DNA of 64,000 bases from Eledone cirrhosa (taxonomy: Eukaryota). Shown here in pieces: positions 13,413 through 26,740 of the stretch (within the stretch, counting starts at the first letter, position 1; the number at the start of each line of letters is the position of its first letter). The DNA is taken from positions 52,266,001-52,330,000 of the forward strand of contig OZ024748.1 in NCBI GenBank assembly GCA_964016885.1, read 5' to 3'. The translations under genes and the position numbers were made by a program. The notes below the pieces were generated by a model, which worked only from the letters and a program-made list of their open reading frames with translations, did no database searches and had not been told where the DNA came from.

Positions 13413-13653
13413 TAATGCCCAGTGGTTAAATGAAACTTTTCAATGGTATTATATCCTGTAATATGATCTATACTCTACTTTCCTTAAGTAAGGAGTATTA
13501 AGTTGAATAACAGTCTTACTGGTCTTAACTAGTAACATATCATCTATCTATCTATATATTCATTAATTAAATTAATGGATCCTACAGAACTAGTTCTGTT
13601 TCATTCTCTTATCTCTCTCTCTACCTCTCTCTGTACATATATATATATATATA

Positions 13654-13873
13654 TAACGAAGGAAATGTGGTAAGGAACCAGGTGGACCATAATGCACCAA
13701 AGTACTCAATACTTAGGGTAGTAGAGTGGGTAATAGGAACATATTGCGTGAGCATCTGAAGGTAAAGTTTTTTCGGTGGGATTGGGATGTTCTTGGTAGA
13801 GAAGTCGATATTGTGTTTTCGCATGGTGCGGGTGAAAGAAATTGAGCTCAGCCGTCGGGGGTCTTACTTGTTC
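13654..13873 (-). mobile_element. Fragment resembling the ORF N-terminus of a Penelope-like element
   Basis: MRKHNIDFSTKNIPIPPKKLYLQ resembles, from memory, the 'S.KNIPIP' start of Naiad-type PLE ORFs; flanked by (TA)n. Confidence 0.55.
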
Positions 13874-14458
13874 ATATATATATATAAAGATATACACATA
13901 TATATTTGTGAGTATGTCTCTGTCTGGAAATTTCTGTGAGTGAGATACATGAGCAAACTTCATTGTATGTTCTATGCAACCCCACCCCAACCCCACAGCG
14001 ATGCCACAAAAAAAAGACATACTAATGAAGGAATTGGTAAGAGAAAGAGTTATAGAAATGGTGAGAGAAAGAGAATGATACAAGAATCGAACAGAAGATA
14101 GAAAGATAAGGGTGGAGCAATAAAGCTGAAAAAAAAGATTGATAGATATAGAAATAAATCAAAATATATGGATAAAACCGTAAATATTAACAGATATATT
14201 GATCTAATTCTCAGTGTAATAAAACATATCAATATATCTAACACTTTATAATGATATATCAATACATTTATCAGTCCAGGGTGATATATATCTATCAGTA
14301 TATTCTTTTATATTTGGTGTATCAATGAGTATATTATAATATATAAGAGCTATCCATCAGAACATACTAATACATCATTCTGTATAGTAATATGTCTATC
14401 AAGATCTCAGGAACATATTGATATATCTATCTATCTATCTCATACTTGCACTCCTAAG

Positions 14459-14504
14459 ATTGAATGTGTCTGTTATGGATGAGGAGACCTGTATTTCTAT
14501 GCAG
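14459..14504 (+). CDS. Candidate internal exon (R-LNVSVMDEETCISMQ)
   Basis: ctcctaag| acceptor, cag|gtaaga donor; phase-2 start completes the frame of 10347-10435 (89+46=135 nt). Confidence 0.4.
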
Positions 14505-14549
14505 GTAAGAGAATGATTCTGAAATACTTAAACTTTGAAAGTAAAGTTA

Positions 14550-14717
14550 CCATATTTCCCAGCATCGAAGACGCTACTTTTTTCCTCAAATAAGTATAAA
14601 AAATCTACCATGCATCCTGGAGGCCGAAGGTTGTTGATTATTTTTTTTTTAATTTTTGGTTGTCAAAATTAGGGTGCATCCTCAAGGATGAAGTGTCTTC
14701 AGTGCCGGGAAATACGG
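14550..14717. mobile_element. Tc1/mariner-pogo-type MITE
   Basis: Imperfect TIRs ccatatttcccagcatcgaagacgc / gtgtcttcagtgccgggaaatacgg; preceded by TA. Confidence 0.6.
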
Positions 14718-15978
14718 TCAGTTCCAATATAACTTGCCAACTTGACACAGTATTCTTAAAGATGAGTGAAATACCTCCAAAATCTCGACACAGTCATTTT
14801 TACCAGAAGCGTTTAGTTGGTTTGTTTGATCATTGATCGACCTGACTGTTAATTGTTGATGTTTGGGTGAAGTGATCAATGTTGCTGATGTGAGATTGGT
14901 GTGGAGAACGTAAGTTCCCCATAGTACTGGTATAGACCAACAAGGAAACAAAACTGCTAATTATATATATTTATTTATTGCTATGGTATTCAACAAATCC
15001 ATGTGACAAACAATAGCACACAGGGATATGCAAAAGTTTGAAACAAATAGTGTTTTCATTAATACATTGGTAAAATATAGGGTTCCCAGAGGAAAGTATT
15101 TTCTGAGTATGTACATGTATTTAGATGTAATGGAATTTGTATGCAAGATACATTACAGAGTGAATGTGTGAATGTAGAGATGTACTAAGATAAAGATAAA
15201 ACCTTGATGTGTGGCAGATTTACTAACTTAGTGGCATGGCTTGGCCGTAGCATTGTTGGCCATTGTGGCAAGCCACTACAGTTAATATCTGCAGTTGAGT
15301 TTGACTTAGAGGAGCCAAGAGAATTTAACCTTTAAACACCTATGGCATCATCATAGTTATTTTCATCAGAGTTGATGAATATGGCATGTGATATAAAAAT
15401 ATGCTGACATGCTGCATATTCATACCACCACAAATTTAACCCAAGGATAATTTCAGTAGAAACTCTTCTCAAATTAGGTTTAATTATCAGTTCTCCCTAA
15501 CATTCTGTACCAATGTGTCATTCCTATGCCACCTAAACATCTCACTATAAACCTCTAGTGATTCGATAAACAGAAACCTCGAAAGCATCCTCCAATGAGG
15601 TTATGACAGTCTTGTATCCTTCAATGTCACAAAGATGTAATCCCGACACATATTACATATCACATCTATTTCCTACATAAGCATAAACAGAAAACAACAC
15701 ACATGCACACATACATTATCACCCGCACACATATTATCACTAACAACCGTAACTATAACAGCAGTAACTATAACAGTCTCACATATACACATATATAATC
15801 AATAACAACAGCAACTATAACAGTCTTGTGTATACACACACATATATATACACACTCACACATCCATTATCAACAACAACAGCAGTAACTATAACATTTC
15901 CCAAGTATACATGCATATATATATGTGTATATGCTAGCGTGGAAGAACGGACGTAAAACGGTGATGATGATGATGATG

Positions 15979-16011
<33 letters not shown>

Positions 16012-16016
<5 letters not shown>

Positions 16017-16275
16017 GAAGTTATATTTAATTTGTTGGGATACAACAAGAAAATATTTTTATAAATGATATAAAGCACTCAACAATTTTTGGAGTAAAAA
16101 TACAATATATTAATAAATGGAAACTATATTTATAAAACCATATTTATTTCATTATACATATTTCAAGGACATGAAATGTGTAATATGTATAATGAAATGT
16201 GTAATATGTATAATGAAATGTGTAATATGTATAATGAAATAAATATGGTTTTATAAATATAGTTTCCATTTATTA

Positions 16276-16282
<7 letters not shown>
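16012..16282. mobile_element. Family P1 PLE-like remnant folded back as an inverted repeat
   Basis: 59-bp arms 16104-16162 / 16224-16282; spacer with ~21-bp tandem units; (TA)n on both sides. Confidence 0.7.
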
Positions 16283-16323
<41 letters not shown>

Positions 16324-16484
16324 TTATCAACATTAATATTTCTCACATATACATGCACACATATATATATACACAGACACACGCATATGAAGATACATGC
16401 AGACGCACTCATACGCACACATTATCAACAGCAACTACAGTTACTATAACATTTGTCACACACACACACACACACATATGTATC

Positions 16485-17108
16485 ATCATCATCATCATCA
16501 TCAACGTTTAACGTCCGTGTTCCACGCTTGCATGGGTTTGGACGGGGGTTTTCCCACTTGAGGCAAGAGTGATTGTCTTGCTCGCATAGGACTGTCTGGC
16601 GGGTTTTCTACAGCTGGATGCCCTTCCTAACACCAACCACATTTACACTGTGGGGCTGGGAGGTTTTTACCGTGTTGCCTACACGGCCACATTACAGCAT
16701 GGACTGTGTGTTTTTTTGTCGTGACACCTACACGATCTCATTTGTTTCGGCCTGGATGTTGTGGCACCAACATAACTTTACATTGAAAGGGGCGGTGTGG
16801 ATGGGGTGGGGGTGGTGGGACGGGGGTGTGTTTTGTTAGAGATGCCTACTGACTGTAGTAGGTTTTACTTTGTATTTAGGTAAGGCGGGTCTTCTCTATT
16901 ACTGAGTACCGCCAAAGGTCTCGGTCCAGTGACATTGTCTTGGAGAGGTGTAAGCGTGTGAGGTCGGAATTTATCATGTCGTCCCAGGTTTTTCTGGGTC
17001 TGCCTACTCCGTGGCTACCGTCTATCTTTATTGCCCTGCACTTTGTTATACAGCTGTCGTCTTTCATGCGCATCACGTGACCATACCAACGTAGCCTTCT
17101 CTCGAGTA
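16485..17108 (-). mobile_element. RTE LINE 3' end (family E), 5'-truncated
   Basis: WYGHVMRMKDDSC..GVGRPRKTW..DRDLWR; 3' UTR and (GAT)n tail. Confidence 0.85.
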
Positions 17109-17120
17109 AACATACAAAAA

Positions 17121-17164
<44 letters not shown>

Positions 17165-17171
17165 AAATTTG

Positions 17172-17407
17172 CTGTGACTCTCAGGAGCCACAGTCGCAAC
17201 CATGTTCAAAGAGAACTAGTGAACTATGATCTCCACAGTGTTGTGAGGGTTCACGGGCAACCTGATGCAGGACCCCAAGCCAGGGAGATCCATAGTTGTC
17301 GTCAGTGTGTGAAGGAGTGCAAGTCTCTAGCAGGCTTGAAAAGCCATATCTGAGCGTCCCACATCTGAATCTGACAGGTAGTTGCAATACTCTTGGCAGA
17401 GTTTGCA

Positions 17408-17413
<6 letters not shown>
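17172..17413 (+). mobile_element. RTE/BovB-like LINE 3' fragment with C2H2 finger
   Basis: Translates ..LRSHSRNH..HSCRQCVKECKSLAGLKSHI*ASH; flanked by (TA)n. Confidence 0.6.
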
Positions 17414-17456
<43 letters not shown>

Positions 17457-17457
<1 letters not shown>

Positions 17458-17709
17458 TGTAGGTGTCACGACAAAAAAACACACAGTCCACGCTGTAATG
17501 TGGCCGTGTAGGCAACACGGTAAAAACCTCCCAGCCCCACACTGTAAATGTGGTTGGTGTTAGGAAGGGCATCCAGCTGTAGAAAACCCGCCAGACAGTC
17601 CTATGCGAGCAAGACAACCACTCTTGCCTCAAGTGGGAAAACCCCCGTCCAAACCCATGCAAGCGTGGAACACGGACGCTAAACCTGATGATGATGATGA
17701 TGATGATGA
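17457..17709 (+). mobile_element. Family E 3' UTR copy, inverted relative to 16512-16733
   Basis: 222-bp near-identical reverse complement, then (GAT)n tail. Confidence 0.85.
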
Positions 17710-18020
17710 TATATATATATATACATGAACATACATACACATACTTTATCAACAACAACTACATTTCTATTTGGCTGGTATTTTTTTTATTTTATTGACT
17801 TTGAATGGATGAAAGGCAAAGTTGGCCTCAGCGAGATTTGAACTCAGAGGGCAGAAAGTCAGAACAAATAATCCAAAGCATTCTATCTGATGTTCTGACG
17901 ACTCTGCCAATTAGCTGCTTATGAGAAGTAAGTACTCAACTGAAAATTGAAATTGTGTCATCACTTTGGTTGGTTGAAATCTTAACCCAACTCTACAGGA
18001 TAATCTATTTGTTTGTTTGT

Positions 18021-18230
18021 TTAAACCAGCTGTATCCGACCAGAATTCTCTCACCTCTTTCCGTTCAAACCAGCCATAACCAGCTGTTCATACTTATGTT
18101 AAGCTATTGTTCTCAAAATAAATAATCTCAAAATCTCATAGATTTGATAGTATGTGAGATAATTATGTGAGGTAAAGGCTTTAGCATGAAAATATGATCG
18201 TAAATATAGAGTAATGTAAAAGCTAAAGGG
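18021..18230. mobile_element. piggyBac-type MITE family A (one end truncated)
   Basis: Ends GCTAAAGGG|TTAA at 18230-18234; body matches 41-254 in reverse. Confidence 0.75.
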
Positions 18231-19124
18231 TTAAAAAGCTGTGCAATACAAGTCGGTTAGATTGCCAACGTAATAGTCAGAATAAATTCACACAGGCGAC
18301 TCTATAAATGTTGAAATAATGGAAATCTAAAGCAAAACAAAACATTTTCAATAAAATATGACACAAAAATATCAATCTTCCAAAAATATGTCAATGGTAA
18401 AAACTAAGTTACCACCTAACATAAGACTTTCCCTGCACATTCACCTCTTCATAAGCTTTCCCTAACACATTCACATATATATTTTCATGTTTACAAGCAC
18501 ACATATATTCAAGTTCATATGTACACACAGACACATGTTTGCATGCACACACATACGTTTGCATGTACACACATATAAACATATAGGTTTGCATAAAAAC
18601 ATATGTACATACACTCATGCACACACACATACAGATTTGCATGCAAAAATATACACATATACGCATGCAAACACATACACACACATTCACGTTTGCATTC
18701 ACACACTTACACACATATACACATGCACACACATAGCACCATTCACATAAACACATGCACACACATACTACCATTCACATATACACATGCACACACATAG
18801 CACCATTCACATAAACACATGCACACACATACTACCATTCACGTATACACATGCACACACATAGCACCATTCACATGCATACACAAACATACTGCCAACA
18901 TTTATGACAAGCACTTTATCAACAACAATCAAAGCTGATGGTATTATTGATGGTATGCTTTGCAGTCCTGATTTCCAGTGCACTGCACAAAACATGTGCA
19001 CTTGTCTGCAGTAACAGTGCACACAATTCATACTTGCACAGTCAGCGTTGTTCTAATGGCCTGCTTGCATCTGACATATTTTTCTATTTGTCAATAAGAA
19101 CCTCTTGTCATCATTTCTGTTAGC

Positions 19125-19440
19125 AATGGTGATGGCAATGGTGAGGATGGTGGTGGCAATGGTGAGGATGGTGGTGGCAATGGTGAGGATGGTGGTGGCA
19201 ATGGTGAGGATGGTGGTGATGGCAATGGTGAGGGTGGTGGTGGCAATGGTGAGGATGGTGGTGGCAATGGTGAGGATGGTGGTGGCAATGGTGAGGATGG
19301 TAGTGGCAATGGTGAGGATGGTGGTGGCAATGGTGAGGATGGTGGTGATGGCAATGGTGAGGGTGGTGGTGGCAATGGTGAGGATGGTGAGGATAGTGGT
19401 TGTACTGGTGAGGATGGTGGTGATAGTAATGGTGAGGGAG
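19125..19440. repeat. 18/21-bp (ATGGTG-based) minisatellite
   Basis: Unit ggcaatggtgaggatggt(ggt). Confidence 0.9.
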
Positions 19441-19815
19441 GTCAGAATTTATCAAGTCGTCCCAGGTTTTTCTGGGTCTGCCTACTCCGTGGCTATCGTC
19501 TATTTTTATTGCCCTGCACTTTTTTATACAGCTGTAGTCTTTCATGCGCATCACGTGACCATACCAACGTAGTCTTCTCTCGAGTAAACAACATCTGATC
19601 CCTCTTATTTCTAATTTTTCCCTTAGTTCGTTTATGCTTTGCCGTTCACATATATTACTATTACACATCCAACGGAGCATGCAAGCTTCGTTCCTCTCCA
19701 GTCTGCGTATATCATCTGCACACAATGCCCAGGTCTCACTGCCATGTAACATTGCTGTTCGTATACAGGCATCATACAGCCTGCCTTTGCACTCAATAGA
19801 ACATATGACAGTACA
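19440..19815 (-). mobile_element. RTE LINE family E RT C-terminal fragment
   Basis: KGRLYDACIRTAMLHGSETWAL..ERRLRWYGHVMRM..GRPRKTW. Confidence 0.9.
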
Positions 19816-20077
19816 TAAACGAGACAGTGGCCTGCCACCCTGGCCTGTCTGAGAGGTCAGTAATCCTACTTCAGTACCAATTTGGCCTATGTAGATCTGT
19901 ACAACCGTTGTTAGCAGGTAAAACACTGTTGATGATGATAATGATGATATATATGAATGTGTATATGTGTTTGTGTATGTATATATATATGTGTGTGAAG
20001 TATTTCCGTAGGAAAGGTACAGGAAAAGAGAGTGCTCTAAGTAGGCTACAGAGCTTATTAGTTATGTAATAAACAAC

Positions 20078-20133
20078 ATTCTGACGACTAAAGACAGATA
20101 TAAATATTTGCCTTCAAGAAACCACTCGTAAAT
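20078..20133 (+). ncRNA. Degenerate hammerhead ribozyme motif inside a 22-bp inverted repeat
   Basis: att CTGACGA ctaaagacagatat-aa-atatttgccttcaa GAAA ccactcg TA aat; flanking IR 20058-20079 / 20148-20169. Confidence 0.55.
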
Positions 20134-20189
20134 TAAATAATTATCTTATGTTGTTTATTATATAACTAAAAAAAAAAATATATATATAT

Positions 20190-20318
20190 ATATGCAGAGG
20201 TTATATTTAATTTGTTGGGATTCAACAAGCTTAAACATTTTTATAACTGATATAAAGCACTCAACAGTTTAGTGGAGTAAATACACGGATTTGTTTTATA
20301 AATAAATATTGACATACC
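20190..20318 (-). mobile_element. Family P1 remnant with an internal deletion removing the hammerhead
   Basis: Matches 12572-12660, then jumps to the 'gttttataaataaatattgacatacc' segment. Confidence 0.6.
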
Positions 20319-20828
20319 TGGTCTGTTGGAGACGCAGGACATGGCAGCGATAATGAGGGACAGAGACCGCTGGAGAGAACTCGTCCATGGATCTCGGGAA
20401 TTTTACCCGCCTTAGATAGATATATATATATACATATGCACACATAATTATAAACACTATTGGACTAGCAGTTCCTAGATCATGAACTTATATTTATACT
20501 ATCATTATTTTGTTTGTGACCCCTACAGGACCACATTATAGTGGGGGCTGGGTGTTTGTTGTCATAGCACCTACTCGAACACTTTACAGTGTGGTGAGAT
20601 ATTTTTTGTGATACCAACATAACTTTACAAATGTTTATAGTATCTTTATTGTTGGGCAGATTGTTGTGAACAATTGCTGGGACACCTATGGAGTAAAGAA
20701 TTGAAAACACCCCCTTAGAAAGCAAGACGTCAGAGAGAGAGATAACATGCTAGAAAAAGGGGTCTCAAGAAAGAGGTGAAACTTGCCTCAGTATTTGAGA
20801 CTTTAACATAGACAAAGGTAAGTAACTC

Positions 20829-21416
20829 TGTCACTGCTGTTGTTGTTGTTGCTATTGTCACTACTGTTGTTGCTATTGTCACTACTGTTGTTGTTGCTAT
20901 TGTCACTACTGTTGTTGTTGCTATTGTCATTACTGCTGTTGTTGTTATTGCTATTGTCACTACTGTTGTTGTTATTGCTATTGTCATTACTGCTGCTGTT
21001 GTTGCTATTGTCACTACTGTTGTTGTTGTTGTTGCTATTGTCACTACTGTTGTTATTATTGCTATTGTCACTACTGTTGTTGTTGCTGTTGTTGCTTTTG
21101 TAATTGCTATTGTCACCACTGTTGCTTTTGTAATTGCTATTGTCACTGCTGCTGTTGTTGTTGCTATTGTCACTGCTGCTGTTGTTGTTGCTATTGTCAC
21201 TACTGCTGTTGTTGTTGTTATTGCTATTGTCACTGCTGCTGTTGTTGTTATTGTCACTACTGTTGTTGTTATTGCTATTGTCACTACTGTTGTTGTTGTT
21301 GCTATTGTCACTACTGTTGTTGTTATTGCTATTGTCACTGCTGTTGTTGTTGTTGCTATTGTCACTACTGTTGTTGTTATTGTTATTGTCACTGCTGCTG
21401 CTGTTGTTGTTATTGC
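20829..21416. repeat. GTT-based minisatellite (gctattgtcactactgttgtt..)
   Basis: Direct reading. Confidence 0.9.
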
Positions 21417-21753
21417 CAGTGTTGATTTTGTTATTTATTTAATTAGGTCACCACAGGTTTAAGATATTTAACTTCTGACATTCAAGACATGTTAAATGTT
21501 GAATTTAATCTGAAAAAAAAAACTCTTTTCAAAGCTTCTGTGTTCCATCCTCTTCTCTCACTCATACTCTCCCTATTTCTCTCTTGTACCCTGTTTCTCA
21601 CCGCCCGAATCAAACACAAACACATACACACACATAGTGGATTATATATATATATATATGCAATAATCTCCATTGGAGTGAATGCAATATAAGCTAGACA
21701 AACTAATATAAGAGTGATTTGCTCGTAATATGTCCCTAGCTGCAATATGACTA

Positions 21754-21784
<31 letters not shown>

Positions 21785-22207
21785 GAGAGAGAAAGACCGT
21801 GAGCAAGCTGTTCAATGGTCCATCAATTCGAAGACTGGTTAATCTGTGGGTCACGAGTTCCAAGGTTCTGTGAAGATATCCAGGTTTGAATGTCAGGTAG
21901 GCCACAGAAGCATAGAAAAATAATTAAGGAAATGACAACAGAAACACAGAGATGCAAAAACACAAAGTCTTAACTGTATCATGCTTAGGAGGAAGTACAT
22001 AGAGGAGTGTTCGGTGCATCGGACTAAGACTTTGTGTTTTTGTATCTCTGAGTTTGTGTGCATATTTCTTCAACTATATAAATATATTGTTATAATTTGG
22101 AAGGGCCATGCTGCCAATAAAAACACATACACTTGTTGGTTTTCACTTTAGTTTATTATAAACTTCCAGTTGGTTAGTTTAATAACCAGATGGCTTATTT
22201 GTTTATT

Positions 22208-22250
22208 GTCAAAACACTTTCATCACACATTCTGAGACCTCCTCAGTGGC
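22208..22250 (-). ncRNA. Hammerhead motif in a PLE-like remnant (22060-22262)
   Basis: Minus strand: gcca CTGAGGA ggtctca..tgtgat GAAA gtgt TT tgac aataaac; paralog at 39026. Confidence 0.55.
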
Positions 22251-22265
22251 TAATTTGTTATTTTG

Positions 22266-22296
<31 letters not shown>

Positions 22297-22589
22297 CTAT
22301 ATCTATCTATCTATCTATATCTATCTATCTATCTATATATATCTATATATATATGATGATCATGATATCATCATCATCATCATCGATTACCATCCATCTT
22401 CCATGTTAGCATGGGTTAGACGGGTCCTCTTTAGAGACAAGTAGTGTCAGGTGACCGTATCTTGCTCATAAAGGGGGGTTTCTGACTGGTTTTCTACAGC
22501 TGGATGCCCTTCTTAACGCCAACCAATTATATATATATGCAAGCGTGGAACATGGACGTTAAACGATGATGATGATCATCATCATCATA

Positions 22590-22868
22590 TAGACACTTTA
22601 TTTCACATTGCTTCAGTTTACTCAGCTGTAGAAATGAGATGATAGGGACTGGGGTCCCTATCATTCCACTGCAAAGAGGTCGTGGAGGTGCCACGGCAAA
22701 AAAGCACCCAGCACTCACTGTAAATGAGGTTGGTGTTAGGAAGGGCATCCAGCGGTAGAAATCAAGCCAGAATCAGTTCCCGTATGAGCTGACCGGACAC
22801 TGCCCACAACAGGACAACCCGCCTAAACCATGCTAGCATGGAAGAACAGACGTAAAACGATGATGATG
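22590..22868 (+). mobile_element. SINE family F, 5'-truncated, long tail
   Basis: CORE-like block, hairpin atgatagggac/gtccctatcat, ggaagggcatccagc, RTE-type tail. Confidence 0.8.
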
Positions 22869-23303
22869 AACGATGATATATATATAAACTAGCACTCCAT
22901 TGGGTACAACAGAGCCACACCACAATAATATTTTTTGTTAGTGTTTTTATGCTATGTTAAATAGGTTGACACTAACTAAACAGGAGAAAACACAGTTATG
23001 TGCCTTTCTCATATTTTCAAATTAATGTGGTTTTTAAATCTTAAACTCATGATCATGTGGTCAGTTGTCTATCACCTTAACCTTATATATTATAAATTGA
23101 TTCTTCATCATGACGTAGGCATTTATTGGTTTCCTCAAACTTTAATGACTATCTCTGAAAGATTAATTGCCCTTAGACCTTTTTATTTTCATTTTTCAAG
23201 TTCTTCCACCCACACTAAAATACATATGTATCTTTACTTTACAAAAAATAAAACTATCAACTTAAAATTGATCAATATACATTTCAAATATGAATTTTAC
23301 AAG

Positions 23304-23357
<54 letters not shown>

Positions 23358-23724
23358 CAGCATGTAAATACATATCTGTACATAGTCACAGATATACAAT
23401 TTCACACAACAACAACACACACACACACAGACATGCAAACCCACACATATACAAAGCATGATGGCAAAGCAATATCTCAACTTTCCATTATGAGGCAAGA
23501 TTTGGCAGCCATCATGAAATTTCAACATCTTATAGGTTTAAGTCTTATGAGTTAAGGGATGGGGGGGGGGGGGGGGAGATATTTAAAAAATATCTAATAA
23601 GTAAAATAGCAAAAAAGAAATACTCTAAAAATTAAAGTAACTAACCCAACCCTTCAATTATTAAAATATAAAGTTGTTGCCTAAATGGAAGCAACAGCGA
23701 AGAATAAAGATATATCTTCATTAC

Positions 23725-23773
<49 letters not shown>

Positions 23774-24085
23774 GTTATTATCAATATCTACATTATTATT
23801 ATGAATATTGTTTCATATTTTTTTAGTTGCTACGTATTATGGCTGTTAAATTTTGCAATAACAGTATAAATATATTCAACGAAATCTTCGAGGCACCTTG
23901 AAAATTGTATGTATGTATATACAGTTGTGTATATCTCTTTATATTTGCTCATATATTAAAATGTATGTATGAGACAAACATATATATCATACATGCTACA
24001 CATATATCTATAAAGAACTAAAGTTTAGAAAAATAAATAATTATATAGCCATATAGATATATAGACACAGAGATATACACACATA

Positions 24086-24144
<59 letters not shown>

Positions 24145-24230
24145 ATATATATGTAAATATGTATATATATATATAGATAGACAGATGTAGATAGATAGAT
24201 AGATAGATACCGATATATAAATATATATGT

Positions 24231-24270
<40 letters not shown>

Positions 24271-24856
24271 TATAATATACATGTTATGTATATGATATAT
24301 ATATACATATGTAATGTAGATTGTGTTTTGTCTTCTTTCATGAATGTCATAATTAGTTTATGTAAATTTTACAGAAAAATATGTATACAAAATGGTAATT
24401 TAGTAAAGGGCAAAACAAGAAAACAGAAAATAACTACTAAAAATGTGATAACAATAACATTAGAAAAACACATTAATAGTAGTAATAATAAAAACTAATA
24501 ATAATCAAATAATAAACAACATTTTTCAAATGACAATTACAACAACATGAAGTAAATAGGAAACTGTAATTATTGTTTCTGATATATATATATTCATATG
24601 CATGTATATATATATATAATATATATGTGGGTATGTGGCTGTATGTGCATGTTTGTCAGTGTTTGTGCATGCACATATATTATACACAACTATATATATA
24701 TATGATCATGATTATGTATCATATATCTTGTATGTAGTAATATGATAGATGTATGATATCTACAGAAACACATACACACACACATTTGTGTGTGTGTATG
24801 TGTATATATATATTTATAAATGTGTGTGCGTGTACATATATATGTATATATAAATG

Positions 24857-24926
<70 letters not shown>

Positions 24927-25432
24927 ATATATATACATACATTTACACCAGAATACATTATATAGATATGTATATCTATATACACGAGAATGTGTGCATA
25001 CAAATATACATGAACCGATAAGATAAACTTTTAAAAAGTAAAAAAAAAGAGGAAAATAACGTAGAAACAAAACGAAAAGCAACAGAGAAAACAGATTTAT
25101 GATAAAAACATCGCCAAGGAAAAAAATGTTTGTTTTAAATGATGCCGAATGTAATTTTAACAGAACTATAGAATTGTTATAAAAATGTCTTCACCAAATG
25201 TAGGATTTCTTGTAAGTTTTTAAGTTTTTATTTTATTGTTTTCTGAAATATTTTCTATATTTTATATTTGTTTCATCTCTGTCTTATGTTTTCATTTTAT
25301 TAGTTTTTGTTAACTTAATAAATGAGAAGAGGAAAAAAATTGCTTAAGAAATATTGTATTTAAAATGAGAAGATTTCATGTTTGTTCACTCGAAAAAACA
25401 CATATAAGGATAGAACATAATATCTATACAGC

Positions 25433-25498
<66 letters not shown>

Positions 25499-26356
25499 CA
25501 ATATATATATTCATATTCATATAAACACAGATACCTGCAAGCATATATGTACATGCACATATACATGCACTTTCATACACACACATATAAATCTATTTCA
25601 CTTTCTTCAATGCCAAGCTAAGTAGGTACCATAATTTTACCATTTATCATTAGAATATAGGAATCTATTTTATCATAATGCCATGGTTTCTAGGAATATA
25701 AATATGTATATATGTAGTATATATATATTAATTACATACATATATAAATATATATACATATAATACATTTTTTTTTCTAAGTCGACAATTAGCCAGTAAG
25801 AAGAATGTTACATATATTTATACATATATGCATGTATATGTGCATGTATGGGAATGTATATGTATATATATATATATATATATTCTGCAATAAATATCTA
25901 TATTGTTGTGACCAACTGAAGCTTCAATTTCAAGTGTACAAATAAGGTCAATGCTACATATCGACTATTCTTGCTCCTTTTCGCATTCTATCATATATAC
26001 TTATCTATCTATATATTTATTTATCATATATTCTTATACCCCAATCTATATCATATATGTTTATCAATCTGTCTATATCATATATGACTATCTCTTCATA
26101 TATCTCTCAATCTATCTATCTATCTATGTTTTTATCTATCTATGATATATGCCTATCTATTAATATATATATCATATATGCCAATCTCTCAATCAATCCA
26201 TATCATAAATGCTTATAAATCTATCTATCTATCTATCTATTATATATACCTATCTATCTCTCTATTTATCTCTCTATATATTTGCCGATCAATCAATCAA
26301 TATATTTATCTCTCTATATTGTATATGCCTATCTATTCATCTATCTATCTTTCTCT

Positions 26357-26740
26357 CCGGACAACAACTCATCCCCTTTCTTTAAGTATCACTTCAGAAG
26401 GAAGGTGAGAGTGGAGAGAGAGGTGTTACACCCCAGTAAATTCACTGAAAGGTAGGTGAATGTGGCGAAAATGGCCCGAGTGAATGGGCCTTCTTTGTAT
26501 ATAAACCTGTAGGTTGAGGAAGATAAACAGATGGAAGATAGGAACACCTACAAAACGTGTTCCTGGTGTAAAACAACCCTGCAATAATGTTCCCCCTTAC
26601 TGGGGATTTCAATTGTTATGTTATTATATATAGTTTATTGTTATTTATTAATGTTAAAGTTAAACGATTTTTATGTAAAACCCCCGCCGTGATGTCTTGT
26701 AATGTCCCATTTTTGTACGCCCCTGTGGCAAATAAAGAAA
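26357..26740 (+). mobile_element. Tx1/L1-like LINE 3' end
   Basis: GQQLIPFFKYHFRRKVRVEREVLHPSKFTER*V then a 3' UTR ending aataaagaaa; related minus copies at 29293-29682 and 59037-59433. Confidence 0.55.

Noticed and set aside
18930-19090. Cys-rich translations (possible exon or transposase cysteine-rich remnant)
   Set aside because: Stops in the relevant frames; motif spacing not diagnostic
20652-20817. Segment ending in aag|gtaagt as the next exon
   Set aside because: No frame stays open from a plausible acceptor
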